A DNA stretch of 64,000 nucleotides from Epithemia pelagica. Its lineage: Eukaryota > Protista > Bacillariophyta. The stretch is from contig OX337239.1 of assembly GCA_946965045.2 (NCBI GenBank), forward strand, positions 1,922,001 through 1,986,000. Direction: 5' to 3'. The notes under the pieces are model-generated. The model searched no databases. It worked only from the letters and a program-made list of their open reading frames with translations, and had not been told where the DNA came from. Positions 11,611 through 23,028 of this stretch are shown here, piece by piece. The position numbers and the translations under genes were made by a program. Numbering within the stretch: position 1 is the first letter of the stretch; each line of letters begins with the position of its first letter.

Positions 11611-13164
11611 TCATGAGCTGACCGGTCGTTGTTCCGGTAATGGTTTTTGTTGAATCAGGGGCTGCAACCGTTGTTTCGCAAGCCTTAAGACTTGCTTTCG
11701 ACCGGCGGCTACAAGCTGGCGTAATTGTTGACCATGGGCTCGTAACCTTTCTTTTTCAATCCAAGAACGCGGACCAGCATTGTTCTTCCACTGATCCCTC
11801 CCTGTCTTTAACACAACAACAAAAATTTGACAGACTCCTTCAAATAGCCACTGAAGGTTGGATCTAACTTGAGGCAGGACTTTTGTCGATATCCATTGTT
11901 TCAGAGACTGCTTACTTTGTTGCGTCCTAGGGTGTTGCCACAGGCGTTGCATGCCCAAGGATAACTGGCGACAGGCTACACATGTGGCTTTCCAACCCAA
12001 TTGCAGTACCGCTTCCATACTGGACTGCATGGGTTCCATAGGGATGCGTTGCCGTGCTTTTTCACGAACATATTCGATTCGTTGTTGGACGACCGGATGC
12101 TGCCAAATATGCGTGTGTAACATACCCAGCACTATGCCCACTAGCGTGGAAACGACAATCCATGTTCGTCGCATTACCAAATTCATCATTGTCAGGGTCA
12201 CTTTGTAATGACTATTGCGATCCTCTTCCATTTGGGCAATACGGATATCCAAGTCTCGACAATCAAATTTGGCCTCTCGTATCAAATCCATTTGCTCCCG
12301 CAAGACGTTTTCCGATGCCTGTAACTCTTGTCGATAGACTTGTGCGGTGCTTACCTGTTGGGCTCGTCCTTCCTTGATCGCACAAGCAACCTCATCATCC
12401 GCGTTTTGTCGTTCCAGCTGCAACTGTTGTTGTCGTTCGGTCCGATCGGAATGGCGTTCCTCATGAACCGTAGTCAATTGCTGCTGCGCAAGTTTAATTT
12501 GTGTCATGAGACAGACAAGGTCGCATTGCATTTTGAGCATTTGCTCTTTCCCTTGTGTTAATTGATGATTCACCATGTCAAGTTCTTTTTCATGTTCTTG
12601 ACATTCGTGTTGCATGCGGCCATATCTGGCAGCCACATCCAATCGATGTTCCATGTTTTGCGTTGCCAAATTATCGTCAAACTCATGCCGTTCCTCTTCC
12701 AATTGTTTGCATCCTTCATCCCATAGTTGATCTCTTCTGTGTTGGAATTCTTCTTGTTGAAGACGCAACTCTTCATCCCACCGAAGCTTTTGTTCGTCTA
12801 GTTCTTGTTGCAACCACTCGACTTGGCCCTGCAACATGTTTCGAACTGCTAGATCGGTATCCAAGTCAAATTCTCGTCTCGATGTATCCGAGTAATTGTC
12901 AATTAGGACTGTGTTGCTTCTTACATGATTTGGGAGTATTGTTGGGAGTGAAAGATGTGGTCGCTCGTGATGGTTCGGATAAGATCGATGGTGTTGTTGT
13001 TGGTGGTGGTGATGTTGTTGTTGCTGCTGCTGCTCCACCAAACTCACCATGCCCATACTCGAGCTGTGGACGCGAGATGTATGGGCATGGTGGGAAAATG
13101 AATCCGTCCAGGCAACCAATAGCCCAACTATGGCAAATGTGTTTAGATGCAATCTCGCAACCAT
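11611..13164 (-). CDS. Coiled-coil protein (517 aa) with signal peptide/probable plastid presequence
   Basis: MVARLHLNTFAIVGLLVAWTDS-F; long E/Q/R heptad region; hydrophobic segment TWIVVSTLVGIVLGML. Confidence 0.8.
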   Translation of the reverse strand: MVARLHLNTFAIVGLLVAWTDSFSHHAHTSRVHSSSMGMVSLVEQQQQQQHHHHQQQHHRSYPNHHERPHLSLPTILPNHVRSNTVLIDNYSDTSRREFDLDTDLAVRNMLQGQVEWLQQELDEQKLRWDEELRLQQEEFQHRRDQLWDEGCKQLEEERHEFDDNLATQNMEHRLDVAARYGRMQHECQEHEKELDMVNHQLTQGKEQMLKMQCDLVCLMTQIKLAQQQLTTVHEERHSDRTERQQQLQLERQNADDEVACAIKEGRAQQVSTAQVYRQELQASENVLREQMDLIREAKFDCRDLDIRIAQMEEDRNSHYKVTLTMMNLVMRRTWIVVSTLVGIVLGMLHTHIWQHPVVQQRIEYVREKARQRIPMEPMQSSMEAVLQLGWKATCVACRQLSLGMQRLWQHPRTQQSKQSLKQWISTKVLPQVRSNLQWLFEGVCQIFVVVLKTGRDQWKNNAGPRSWIEKERLRAHGQQLRQLVAAGRKQVLRLAKQRLQPLIQQKPLPEQRPVSS

Positions 13165-13765
13165 TGTTGTGTGGCTTCTGTACTAGAAGAAATGGATGGG
13201 AGAACTGTGTGTCGCAATGCCACTGTGGATGATTGCGAGGGCATCTCTTTTGGTTTGTGATGCCCTTCTTATTATTGCTGTGGAGAGGACAATGGATGCA
13301 TTGAGACACATAAAAATGTGCGTCGTTTTGTTCTTTTCAGCTGACACGGGCCACGTCACCGCACCTCCGCCCAAAAAACTACTCCTACTAGCTAGCTAGG
13401 ACCACAAGAGGCGGAGGACCAAGCTAGCTAAGCGTACTCCTACTTGTATGCCGGGATTGACGCTTGTTACCGAATTGGACCTACCTAGAAGCTACGAAAC
13501 GATTTGTAACACTCTTAAGAATACGATGAAAAAGGACATTTCCAATGCAAGTATCGGTAGCTATTTCGAAGAAACTCAAAAGATTGGATCAACTTTTCTC
13601 AGTCAAATGCATATTGCAGAAGAGTGTTTTATAGAACAAAACGACCATGTGACCGAGAAACACCGGATAAAAAAATCCCAAGAAATGACAAACTGTCTCG
13701 CCTCCCGTGCATCAAGCGTCGACGACAACAACTACTCAAGTCCCAACCGCACTGCAACAAAACTT

Positions 13766-14851
13766 TCACCCGTCTTCTTCTTGAGACCCCGTTTCTACCT
13801 TGGTTTCCTCCTCTGCTTTCGCCAGTGTGTCTTTTCGCCGTCTTCGCATGGACAACCGTTTCGATACACGTTGTCGAACCAATCGGAACGATATGCCAAA
13901 CAATTTTCGCAAAGATTGTCGTTCTTCTTCCAACTCTGTAATCCGTGATTCTCGCTTGTGCACGGCATCTTGGGCCGTTTGTAACTTGTCACGTGTCTGT
14001 GCCAATTCCTGGTCGCGTTGCTCCAACTTTTGTGTAAAATCGGCCGTAATAATTTCGACATTGCGTCGTGATTCTTCGACGACGTCCTTGAGTCGTTGCT
14101 TGAGTTCCGTTTGGATTCGTTCCAAAGTTTTGGCCGATTCCTGCTGCTCTCGCACGCGTTGATCTTGTTCTTCTTCCAACTGATCTTCAATCTCCGACAA
14201 ACGTTGCAAGTACCCATGTTTCAATGCCACCATTTCTGCTTGAAGGGCTTTTCGAGCTTCAAGATTGTCTGCAAGCTCGGCTTTGGCCTCTGCCAATTTT
14301 GTTTCTTGGGTTTCAGCAGCTTCTTTCAAGGAAGCCATGTCTTGTTCCATTCGTTTTACTTCACTTTTCGATGGAGCAGCTGCTAATTTGGTTTCCATTT
14401 CCATCTTGTAGGAAAGATATTTGGATCTCATACTTTCCAATGAGGCTTGCGCTGTGCGGACGTCCACATCCGATTGTTCTTTCAACATGGATACTTGAGT
14501 GTCGTACTTTTCCTTTTGTTCATCCATTTCTTGTTGCAACCGTTTGAGTTTTTGTTCGAGCGATTCCAAGTCTGGGTTGGATGTTGTGTCTGTCATGTTG
14601 CTACTGCTATTGTTGCTGTTTACCTCGATCTCTTGGTCTGTTTTCCCGTTGATTGCGTCAAGTTGGAGCGCTCTTGCGGCCGGTGCACTGGAACCCTGCC
14701 AAGCTGGTCTCATGTGCACAGAATGAGGTGTACTACGACGATCCGTTTTTGCAGGGGGGATCACCAGTGCATGGCAGCAGTGATTGCACCACAGAAAAAC
14801 AAAAGTGATGAGAATGGAGCATGCCGTTGGCGGTGGCCGTGCCTGGAACAT
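13766..14851 (-). CDS. Coiled-coil protein (361 aa) with signal peptide/probable plastid presequence
   Basis: Hydrophobic N-terminus ending CHA-L; about 250 aa of heptad-like E/K/Q/L sequence. Confidence 0.85.
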   Translation of the reverse strand: MFQARPPPTACSILITFVFLWCNHCCHALVIPPAKTDRRSTPHSVHMRPAWQGSSAPAARALQLDAINGKTDQEIEVNSNNSSSNMTDTTSNPDLESLEQKLKRLQQEMDEQKEKYDTQVSMLKEQSDVDVRTAQASLESMRSKYLSYKMEMETKLAAAPSKSEVKRMEQDMASLKEAAETQETKLAEAKAELADNLEARKALQAEMVALKHGYLQRLSEIEDQLEEEQDQRVREQQESAKTLERIQTELKQRLKDVVEESRRNVEIITADFTQKLEQRDQELAQTRDKLQTAQDAVHKRESRITELEEERQSLRKLFGISFRLVRQRVSKRLSMRRRRKDTLAKAEEETKVETGSQEEDG

Positions 14852-15300
14852 GGCTTTGGGACGATGATAAGAAGACAGAAAATGAATTGGTGTGGTTTAG
14901 TTGTTGTTGGAAATGCTCTTGACGATGGTGTGGCTTCTTGGTTGCCCTTGCTTTATCCTGGAAATCTTTGACACAATGGGCTCAACGCATTCTTTCCAAG
15001 GAGGGGCGAGAATCTGGTCGCACATAATTGCAGGAAGATCTCGCGAGCCAAGAACTTGGAGCGTCTAATAAGCGACTCAAGACCTTTTAAGTCGCTGATA
15101 AAATCGTGCTGGTAGTGTGCCGGTACACGTCATGAGGACCCGGAAAGTAGAACGTGTCGCGCCATTTGGGTACGTGTCGCCCATCAAATGCCAACCCAAA
15201 CCCCAAACCCCAAAATCTTGATACGTTTGTCATTTTTTGTGAATCGGTCGACAGAATACGTATCCTTCCACTTCTTTACCAGTCTTTTTGCTCCTTCACC

Positions 15301-16494
15301 ATGGCGTTTACCGGTAAGTACTGCATATACAACAAACTGCTTGAATGTGATTGGTGTAGCTGCGAAATGCTCGAAGCTCACGTGCGAATTTCCTTCATTC
15401 GGTTCTTTGTTTGTGGTGGCGGGATTTGATCCATGATCGATCGACGGATGCGTTCGTCATTCCTTGTAGGAAAACTAATGGGAATGGGAAATCCCCTGCT
15501 GGATATCTCTGCCAATGTGGAACAAGACACGTTGGACAAGTACGACGTGAAGCTTGACTCTGCTATTCTGGCCGAAGACAAGCACCAACCGTTGTACCAA
15601 GAACTCGTCAACAACTTTGCCGTTCAGTACATTGCTGGAGGGGCAACTCAAAATTCCATGCGTATTGCTCAGTGGATGCTTCAGAAATATGGAAAATCCG
15701 ACATGGTTGCCTTTATGGGAGCTGTTGGAGTGGACGACTACGCCAAGCAGTTGGAAGATTGTGCCTCCAAGGATGGTGTGTTGGTCCATTACATGAAGGA
15801 CGAGACCACGCCGACGGGAACTTGCGCCGCCCTCATCAAGGGTGGGGAACGTGCCTTGGTGGCCAACTTGGCAGCCGCCAACAACTTCAAACCCAGCCAT
15901 TTGGAAACTGTCAAAGCTCAGGAAATTATTGATTCCATCGACATTTACTACTCGGCAGGTTTCTTCTTGACCGTGTCGGTCGACGCCCTTGTGACCGTGG
16001 CATCCAAAATGGCTGCCGAAAACAAAATTTTTGCCCTCAACTTGTCAGCGCCCTTCATTGTTGACTTCTTTGGTGACCAATTGGCTACGGCTATCGAATA
16101 TGCCGACTATGTCTTTGGAAACGAATCGGAAGCAGCCACCTATGGCAAGAAACACGGTTTGGGCGAAGACGACCTTGGTAAGATTGCCCTGCACATTTGT
16201 GGACTGCCCAAAAAGAATGACAAGCGACCCCGTATTGTCGTATTCACACAGGGAAGCAAGTCCACCATTGTCGCTACCGAAGGCAAGGTCACGGAATATG
16301 CCGTTGACCCTATTCCGGCCGACAAGTTGGTGGACACCAATGGTGCAGGAGATGCCTTTGTGGGAGGATTTTTGGCCCAACTTTTGTTGGCAAAGGATAT
16401 GGAAGCCTGTGTCAAGGCTGGACACTGGGCAGCTGGCTTTATTATTCAACAATCGGGTACGACCATTCCAGGACCATGTGACTATGACGCTTAG
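15301..16494 (+). CDS. ADK: Adenosine kinase (exons 15301-15313, 15470-16494)
   Basis: GMGNPLLDISA, AGGATQNS, PTGTCA, DTNGAGDAFVGGF (PfkB signature). ATG GCG TTT ACC G|gtaag...tag|GA AAA gives MAFTGKLMGMGNP. Confidence 0.95.
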
Positions 16495-16743
16495 GTAGGT
16501 ACTCCTAGAATCCATAGATCAACACGCAAATCATTAAACATCCTCCTTGCACTCGTAATACATTGTCATTGCTGTTAGCTATCATGAAGTATTGTCTATA
16601 TTACAAGGGCCCACAAGATCATGAACAACAATGGATGATAGGCTGTACATCAGTATGCTCCAGACTATTCTGGATCAACATAAGAGGAAACGAAACACGA
16701 AACTAGCTATTTGTGTAGCGACCGACTGGCTATACTTCTGCCC

Positions 16744-16842
16744 TACCCCCAAGCGCCGGGCGAGTATTGAGTCGCACTTAAAAAGGGCTTTCGTATACTC
16801 ACCCCCACGGCGCGTCCTGGAGCTCTCGATCTTGATACAAAA
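16744..16842 (+). repeat. Left terminal inverted repeat (about 99 bp)
   Basis: Shares with the right TIR a 20/22 terminal block, an exact 21-mer CTCACCCCCACGGCGCGTCCT and an exact 19-mer TCTCGATCTTGATACAAAA. Confidence 0.9.
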
Positions 16843-16904
16843 TCCCAAAACACACATATTACCTCCACACATTCATCACGGTGGTAGAGGTAAGGTGTCT
16901 GTTA

Positions 16905-17472
16905 ATGACCTTCTCAATGTCAACATCCTCCCTCCGAAAGCACCGTCTCTCTCAGAAGCAAGCCCGAGAGGCTTTCGCGGCGCAAGGTGAATCCGAAGCG
17001 TCCCGAGCGTCAACGCAAGATGGCAGAAACAACAGCATCCCCAAAACTCGGAACTTATCTTCACAAGAGCCGAATCCTCCCACCCCTTCTCCATCCAATC
17101 CGTTTCCTTTTCCTTCATCGGTCCAAGTCACCACCTCGTCTCTTCCTATCTACGCAACCCCTTTGGCGAGGAATAGGGAACTCCAACCCTTTGTTGCATG
17201 AATGCAAACAGTGTCATGGAGCACAGAGAATTCCACATCCCATGTACCAATACCAGCCTAAACCCGGTGAATTTGGAACCAAGACATGGTCCTGCGAGGG
17301 TCCCTGCAACTTTTTGACACACTGGCGTATTCGTCACGACCAACTCTCTAGTATACCAGTCGGAGATGTTCCTTGGCCCGCTGCGGCTTGGAAAGCGCTG
17401 GCACAAAATCGTGTTCTGGAGGCTCGTCCAGAGCTTGATGTTGTCCAGAAGTCCACCTGTTGCATTCTTTGA
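16905..17472 (+). pseudogene. Frame-disrupted gene fragment inside the TIR element encoding a Cys/His module
   Basis: Short S/P-rich ORF (ATG 16905 to 17201) overlaps a second frame encoding HECKQC...TWSCEGPCNFLTHWRI (to 17472). Confidence 0.5.
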
Positions 17473-17825
17473 ATGTAAGATATAGTCATCGGTTTGAGTC
17501 AAGCGTCAGTAATATTCTAGATGATTGGTTGCCTCTACATAGATCTACCTCAAGATGTTGAATGAATGTTGTTTCGAGAAAGCATCAACAAATGCATAGG
17601 GGTGATACAAAGCCCACACGACACATACACAACTAAACAGATACTTGGACTCAATCAGGACAGACACATACAACAATGTAGGGCTTCCGGAAAAGGTATT
17701 TCATTAATGTAGCACATGTAAGAGATACAAGACACTCTATCTAAAACTTGATCTGCTTCAGTTGATGGTCAAAAAGAGCAAGGATTCAAAAGTTCCTGCA
17801 AATCCTTTCAAAGTACTCCAACTAA

Positions 17826-18760
17826 CTACCAACTGTTGGCAGCTTCACGCACCATTCTGAGGTATGCGACTTCGTGATCAAGAAGAGGACGGGTCTGATT
17901 TATCAAATCCAGTTCCCTCTTTACTGTGCTGAGACATTGACGAGCAACTGCTTGGACCAATGCAAGGAAGCTAATCAAAACGGATGTTATCCTCGCTTGT
18001 CCAGAATAAAGAGTTGCTACATCATCAAGTCGCTTCATCTGGCTTTTGAGAACCTCAACCTCAAAGTTCACCAACTCGGAAGGGGACCACTGGCCTTTTC
18101 CTGGACGAGGATTTGCTTCGAGTCGTACTGAAGACATGAGGATGCGTTCTTGTCCATCAAAGATATCAGCTGGTGCCAGTTTACAGAAAACGGTGAATTT
18201 CTGGCCTGCATACTCCATTGCATCAAGATGCAGGTTTCCCAGCAAATGAAGGTTACCCAACGCTAGCTCCTCACAGCTCCAAGTGATTGCTTTCGATTCC
18301 AAGTCCGAAGGAGTGAAGGACACCAACAAATCTATGTCGCTTAGATGGTTACTTTCATGGATCAACAATATTGATTGGCACTTCTGATACTCCACAGAGG
18401 ACGTAGGATGGGAGGGGTGTGCCGCTTGATCACTACTTCTCCACAAGCATTCACTTGCCATGGCCTTGCTGTTTTGCCATGCCAGTCCGTAAAGGAAAGC
18501 AATATGGCCTGCTCGAGTAGGGGTCACGCATGAGGTTTATTGATAGGAAAAGGGGAAGCGGGTCGGATGGGGTGGATAGAGGTGTCTTGGGAGTTTGTTT
18601 CATGGGCATCACTGGCCTCGTTGCTGTGGTGACGGAGGGCTGATAGAAGGTTGGCTGTGGACACAGAGTGGTTCGTTGCAAGCACCAGGGACACCGTAGA
18701 TAGCTCTTCGATGGTGTTAGTTTCCTGGGAAAAGCGTTGGACTGGGGTGGAAGGGTCCAT
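17826..18760 (-). pseudogene. Frame-disrupted ORF pair of unknown function inside the TIR element, reading inward from the right TIR
   Basis: ORF 18760-18524 (ATG) followed in another frame by a 233-codon ORF 18527-17826; no transposase motif recognised. Confidence 0.35.
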
Positions 18761-18820
18761 GGTTGGTGCACTTGGTCACACAAGGTTGGGTCCGTGGTGA
18801 GACCATGGAGGTGAAAATGG

Positions 18821-18938
18821 TTTTGTATCAAGATCGAGAAATCGCCAAATTTGGAGGACGCGCCGTGGGGGTGAGAAGACGAATGCACCTTTTCTCCGAC
18901 TCAGGCGGGATTCATAACTCACCCGGAGCTTGGGGGTA
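18821..18938 (-). repeat. Right terminal inverted repeat (about 118 bp)
   Basis: Reverse complement aligns to 16744-16842 in three blocks separated by indels. Confidence 0.9.
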
Positions 18939-20167
18939 ACTTCTGCCCAAACAGCACATAGCGCTTCTTCCCTCAACAGAGTTGTGGGTCGAAATCATAA
19001 AGAAGAATGGCCAACGGCCTATTGTTGATTTGGATCGGGTAAGTTCAGAGTCAATGCGAACATTCACTTCTACTCATATGCAGTTTTTTGTTTCGATTTG
19101 TTTGAGACGACCGCTGCTCAAGAGTAAGAAGACAATCCCATATCCTGTTGACAAAAGTAACATGAGCAGTTTCTATGTTGACGGTTCGCACACACCTGAA
19201 TGATACATTTTCACATACACTGGATTTGTGTACGTCAAAGTTTGATTACAGGTCAATGGCATCGTTTAACTTGTTACATTCATCAAGCATGAAAGCTTGA
19301 TTGCGGAGAGACAACAGTTCCATCTCCTTAGTCCCGTTCCAGACTATTCAGGAAATAAAAAAGGAGTAAGGACTAAGGACAGGAAACTATATACATTGGT
19401 AGAGGTTTTCGCAACCGACAGGCCCTCCTCATTTGCGCGGATAGCCCGCAGACTGATTCCCATGAATGTTCCGAAAGAAAGGGCAACGGGCAACGGCCTA
19501 TCGCCTATCTTTGACTGTGATTGATTCGGTACGTTGAGATTCAATGCGAATTGTCAGTTCTATGCAGCTTTTCTTGTCAAGAACGCGAGGGAAGGCAGTT
19601 GATAGTTGATAGCCCGATCCCATACCCTGTTGCCGGAAGCACAGAGTTTTCTCCGTTGACTGTTCACATTTTAGCTTTTTTTGTGTAGCTTCACAGACGC
19701 TGGATTGGTAGACGTCGAAGCTGGATTATGGTGGCACTTGACATTGGCAAATGACAAATGACATCGCCTATCTTGTTGCACATGCGTCAAACTTGATTAA
19801 GGAGACAACCGGCCCACTTAACTTGTTGCGCAACGCGAACCCCTTTGTCTCTCCGTCATCCTTACTTGTAATTGTAGTAGTGTTTTCGCTGTTTTTCGGA
19901 GCATCGGCCTCCAGACTCCAGATCCAGACGCCCAACAAAAGCCCGGAGTCTGAGTCTTCCCGGTTTGCGACCAGGGGTTGCATTCTTCAAATAAGATATA
20001 CTCGTTACTCGTACCTAAAATAATGCAAAATCATATCGATATTATCACAGATCGAAAACAGCAAAGAGTGTGAATACTAGTTTAGTTTCTTTCCCACCTA
20101 GGGCCGGGAAGCAATTCTACTTCTTAGTTCGCTAAATGCACACGCCGGTTTTTGATCTTGGTGTAGG

Positions 20168-20587
20168 CTAGACAGTCGTCACTCGCACTTCTGTCGCGTC
20201 CTCCAAAACTACATCATCAGTCATCAAAGATTCTTCGGCGGTCGGTAGGTCCTCAAGTTTGCTATCGTTCATTTGGATCACTGGGGGAGTGGTCTTCAGG
20301 ATACTGAAGGCAAACCTCGCTTTGAGGCCTTCAAGTCGCCTTTCTTGGTAGGACATCGAAGGGATTTCATTGAGCAAGCTCTCGTCCCTCCTGTCCTCAC
20401 CAAAGTTGTTTACATCATTTGTTGTAGTCGTGTTGGGGGACAGGTTCGAGGTCCACGTGAAGCAAGAATAGCTTGAGTCAGTTGACGTGGTTGAGACAGG
20501 CCGAAAGATAGAGACTCTTTCGTCGTCTATCGACGTGGCTTGCAAAGGAGTCGGAGCTCTTGTTCTGGAGGACTAAGGCTTTGACAT
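20168..20587 (-). pseudogene. Short low-complexity ORF with an early in-frame TAG
   Basis: ATG TCA AAG CCT TAG, then about 135 open codons (STTSTDSSYSCFTW...). Confidence 0.2.
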
Positions 20588-21465
20588 CCTGAACGTGTTG
20601 TTGCATTCGCTTTTTTACGTGTTGTTGCGTGTTGCCGATATAGAATTTGCACGTTTTGAGACACGTCGCTTTGTAGACTACTATCGAACGCCTGCATTTC
20701 CCACCGTAGGGGCAGGCTTCCTTGTTCCTGCAGTTACAATCAAGATCTTCGAAATCCCATATTATGTGGAGAAAGTCTGATTTTTGAGTTTGGGCAGGGC
20801 TTGGGGTACGAATTGCAGGAACTCTCCAGGGCTTCTCGTTCCTACAGAAACTGTTGAGCGTTTACAACGACCGTTACAATTGCCCTTTATCAAAGAGAGA
20901 ATAAGAAAACAAGAATCTTCTAGATCTCGTTTCATCGTTTATTGTTCACCACACTGGCCCAGCGCAATTTCTTGGGTTCATTCATGAAAGTTGGGGACCT
21001 TTAACGAACTTGCTGGGTGAATGGGGCTTCATCAAAGAAAATGCGAAAAACCAAATTCCGCCGCAAAGAAAATTTTCAGAGTTTTCTGTCGAGCATGACG
21101 TAATTGACCTCTCTATCAGGGCCATTCTAATCATTCCGTCTTCCTTCCCTCCACCGGAGACCATCTGACATCTGACATTGACATCTCATCTGACATCTGA
21201 TGTCCGAAATCAAAAGTATTCTACGAGCTCGTACTTACATACGAATAACGAATACTCCGGAAGAGTCAAACGATCTCAACAATGCTTTTCGAGTACATCG
21301 GGCAGCCGATCAATACAGAAATAGGAGAATATCAAAAATTTTACGAATAAGATTACTGACCCATGACAGCTATTCACTATTCAAGCGTGGAAATGAGAAT
21401 CGGGGCCTGATCCTGGATCGGCTCACTTTTCTGCTTGTGAGTTTGGTTCTACTTGTGAAACCCTG

Positions 21466-21954
21466 ATGACGGTACCGCCTATCAAAATGCACTTAACTCT
21501 ATTCATTGATGCCCTGATCAAGGAGAACCAGAATCATGAGATTAGAGGCATATCAGATCTCAAGTTAACAGTTGAAACAGACAACTGCGCCAGCCACGAA
21601 ATCATTTCATCCGTCACCAAGAGGAGAAGAAAGAGGGAAAGAGGCTCCAAATCCAAAGCTACCACGCGATGTCCCGGAACTGTTGACTACGCTCGTTCTG
21701 CCCTGTCATTCAAAGAAAAAGGATCCAATAGACCATGCAGGTGGGAGGCAATCACAACCCCATCCGATAGAAAGAAAAATCAAGCACATCCAGCGATGCT
21801 TCCATCAAACCTTAATGTCCGTGGGGATATTCCCCCAGTTCTGAGGCCAAGACGAAGTAATGATGGGTGTAGTGGAAAATCTGGCACTTATCAGACAACC
21901 AGATCAAAAACTTCGCCGCAAGAGCCTTGCTCGGTGGTTTCTTCTGCAGCGTGA
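21466..21954 (+). CDS. Small basic low-complexity hypothetical protein
   Basis: 162-codon ATG ORF with CRWEA and PVLRPRRS, motifs typical of short disordered diatom proteins. Confidence 0.4.
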   Translation: MTVPPIKMHLTLFIDALIKENQNHEIRGISDLKLTVETDNCASHEIISSVTKRRRKRERGSKSKATTRCPGTVDYARSALSFKEKGSNRPCRWEAITTPSDRKKNQAHPAMLPSNLNVRGDIPPVLRPRRSNDGCSGKSGTYQTTRSKTSPQEPCSVVSSAA

Positions 21955-22279
21955 CTAAGCTCCCACCCTCCGATAATGACACTTCAATCACAAGACCATT
22001 CGTCTTACTGAGTTTGAATTTGCATTCATCATTTCTAACTTTAAATGAGAGGGGAAGGGAAGAGACGAATGTCCACTTTTTGCCAGACTAGTATTCGACC
22101 AGTACAACTACCCAGTGTTGCCCTAACAAGAACTACATCCCCAAAATTTCTTGGACATCTCAATGATCAACACAACAAATGTTCGAAGCAGGACGACTGC
22201 TGGACGCCGCATACCGAAGGTTCTCCTGATGGCCAACTCACTTACAATTGTCTTTTGGCCGAGTACGAACCCTAAAAGG

Positions 22280-22768
22280 TAGGAGTAATGAACTTTTAGA
22301 AACATGGAATACACGCTTGGAGATGAATCATAATATACTTCTGATCTACTAGCTAGTAGTTGATATCAAGAAGCTCATGGCTACTCCTAGGTCACATTTT
22401 CCACCGGAAGCGAACGAACCCGAAGATAGAGAGAGCGATAAGCTTCCTTTGGATTTCTTGGGTGGAAAAGTACATGGTCAAATGTGGAAAGAAGATCGAA
22501 CATTACAGTCAGAACAATGGAGGAGGTCACTAGGAGTAGTTACTGGTCCTAGCCTGTTGAAGAGTAGATAGAATACAACCGGGATCCGATCATCTAACTC
22601 GTGAAAGAGATCGGTCCACGTTTTTCTTTCCGTGTCGGCGTGTTTCGTGGTCGTGCGTGTGGCTTGTGCCTCTATCGAAAATCGCTAATACTGCTGCATA
22701 GTCCTTAGCGGTAGAGTAAAAGTTTCAACATGATTCTAATGTTAGTACCGTATGTTATTTTAGGAGTA
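22280..22768. promoter_or_regulatory. Cluster of four TAGGAGTA octamers (candidate cis-element)
   Basis: Copies at 22280(+), 22382(-), 22531(+), 22761(+); the same octamer recurs in other intergenic regions. Confidence 0.3.
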
Positions 22769-23028
22769 TGACATACTACCGTTTATCATGATTTCAAATA
22801 CATGCTAGGGTGTATTGTGCGCATCTCACATCGCTAGCTCACGCACCACGCACCGCATTTCGCTCACAAAAGGCATTCCGCCCGCGGTCGCTCAACCGCA
22901 CCCGAACCCATGTGAGCAACAAACACTCTTCTCGATTTCGTCTGCAGAAGTAGGAAGCACATTGCTTGGAAAACCCCGCCCCAAGGACTACAACGCAGGA
23001 CCACGAAGCCCAGAATTATTCAGAGAGT

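Larger units (their letters stand above)
16744..18938. mobile_element. Non-autonomous TIR DNA transposon with 10-bp TSD (Mutator/Pack-MULE-like), 2,195 bp
   Basis: Starts TACCCCCAAGC, ends GCTTGGGGGTA; flanked by the identical direct repeat ACTTCTGCCC at 16734-16743 and 18939-18948. Confidence 0.85.

Noticed and set aside
15070-15100. Inverted repeat AGCGACT...AGTCGCT between divergent genes
   Set aside because: A 7-bp stem is expected by chance; no supporting second occurrence.
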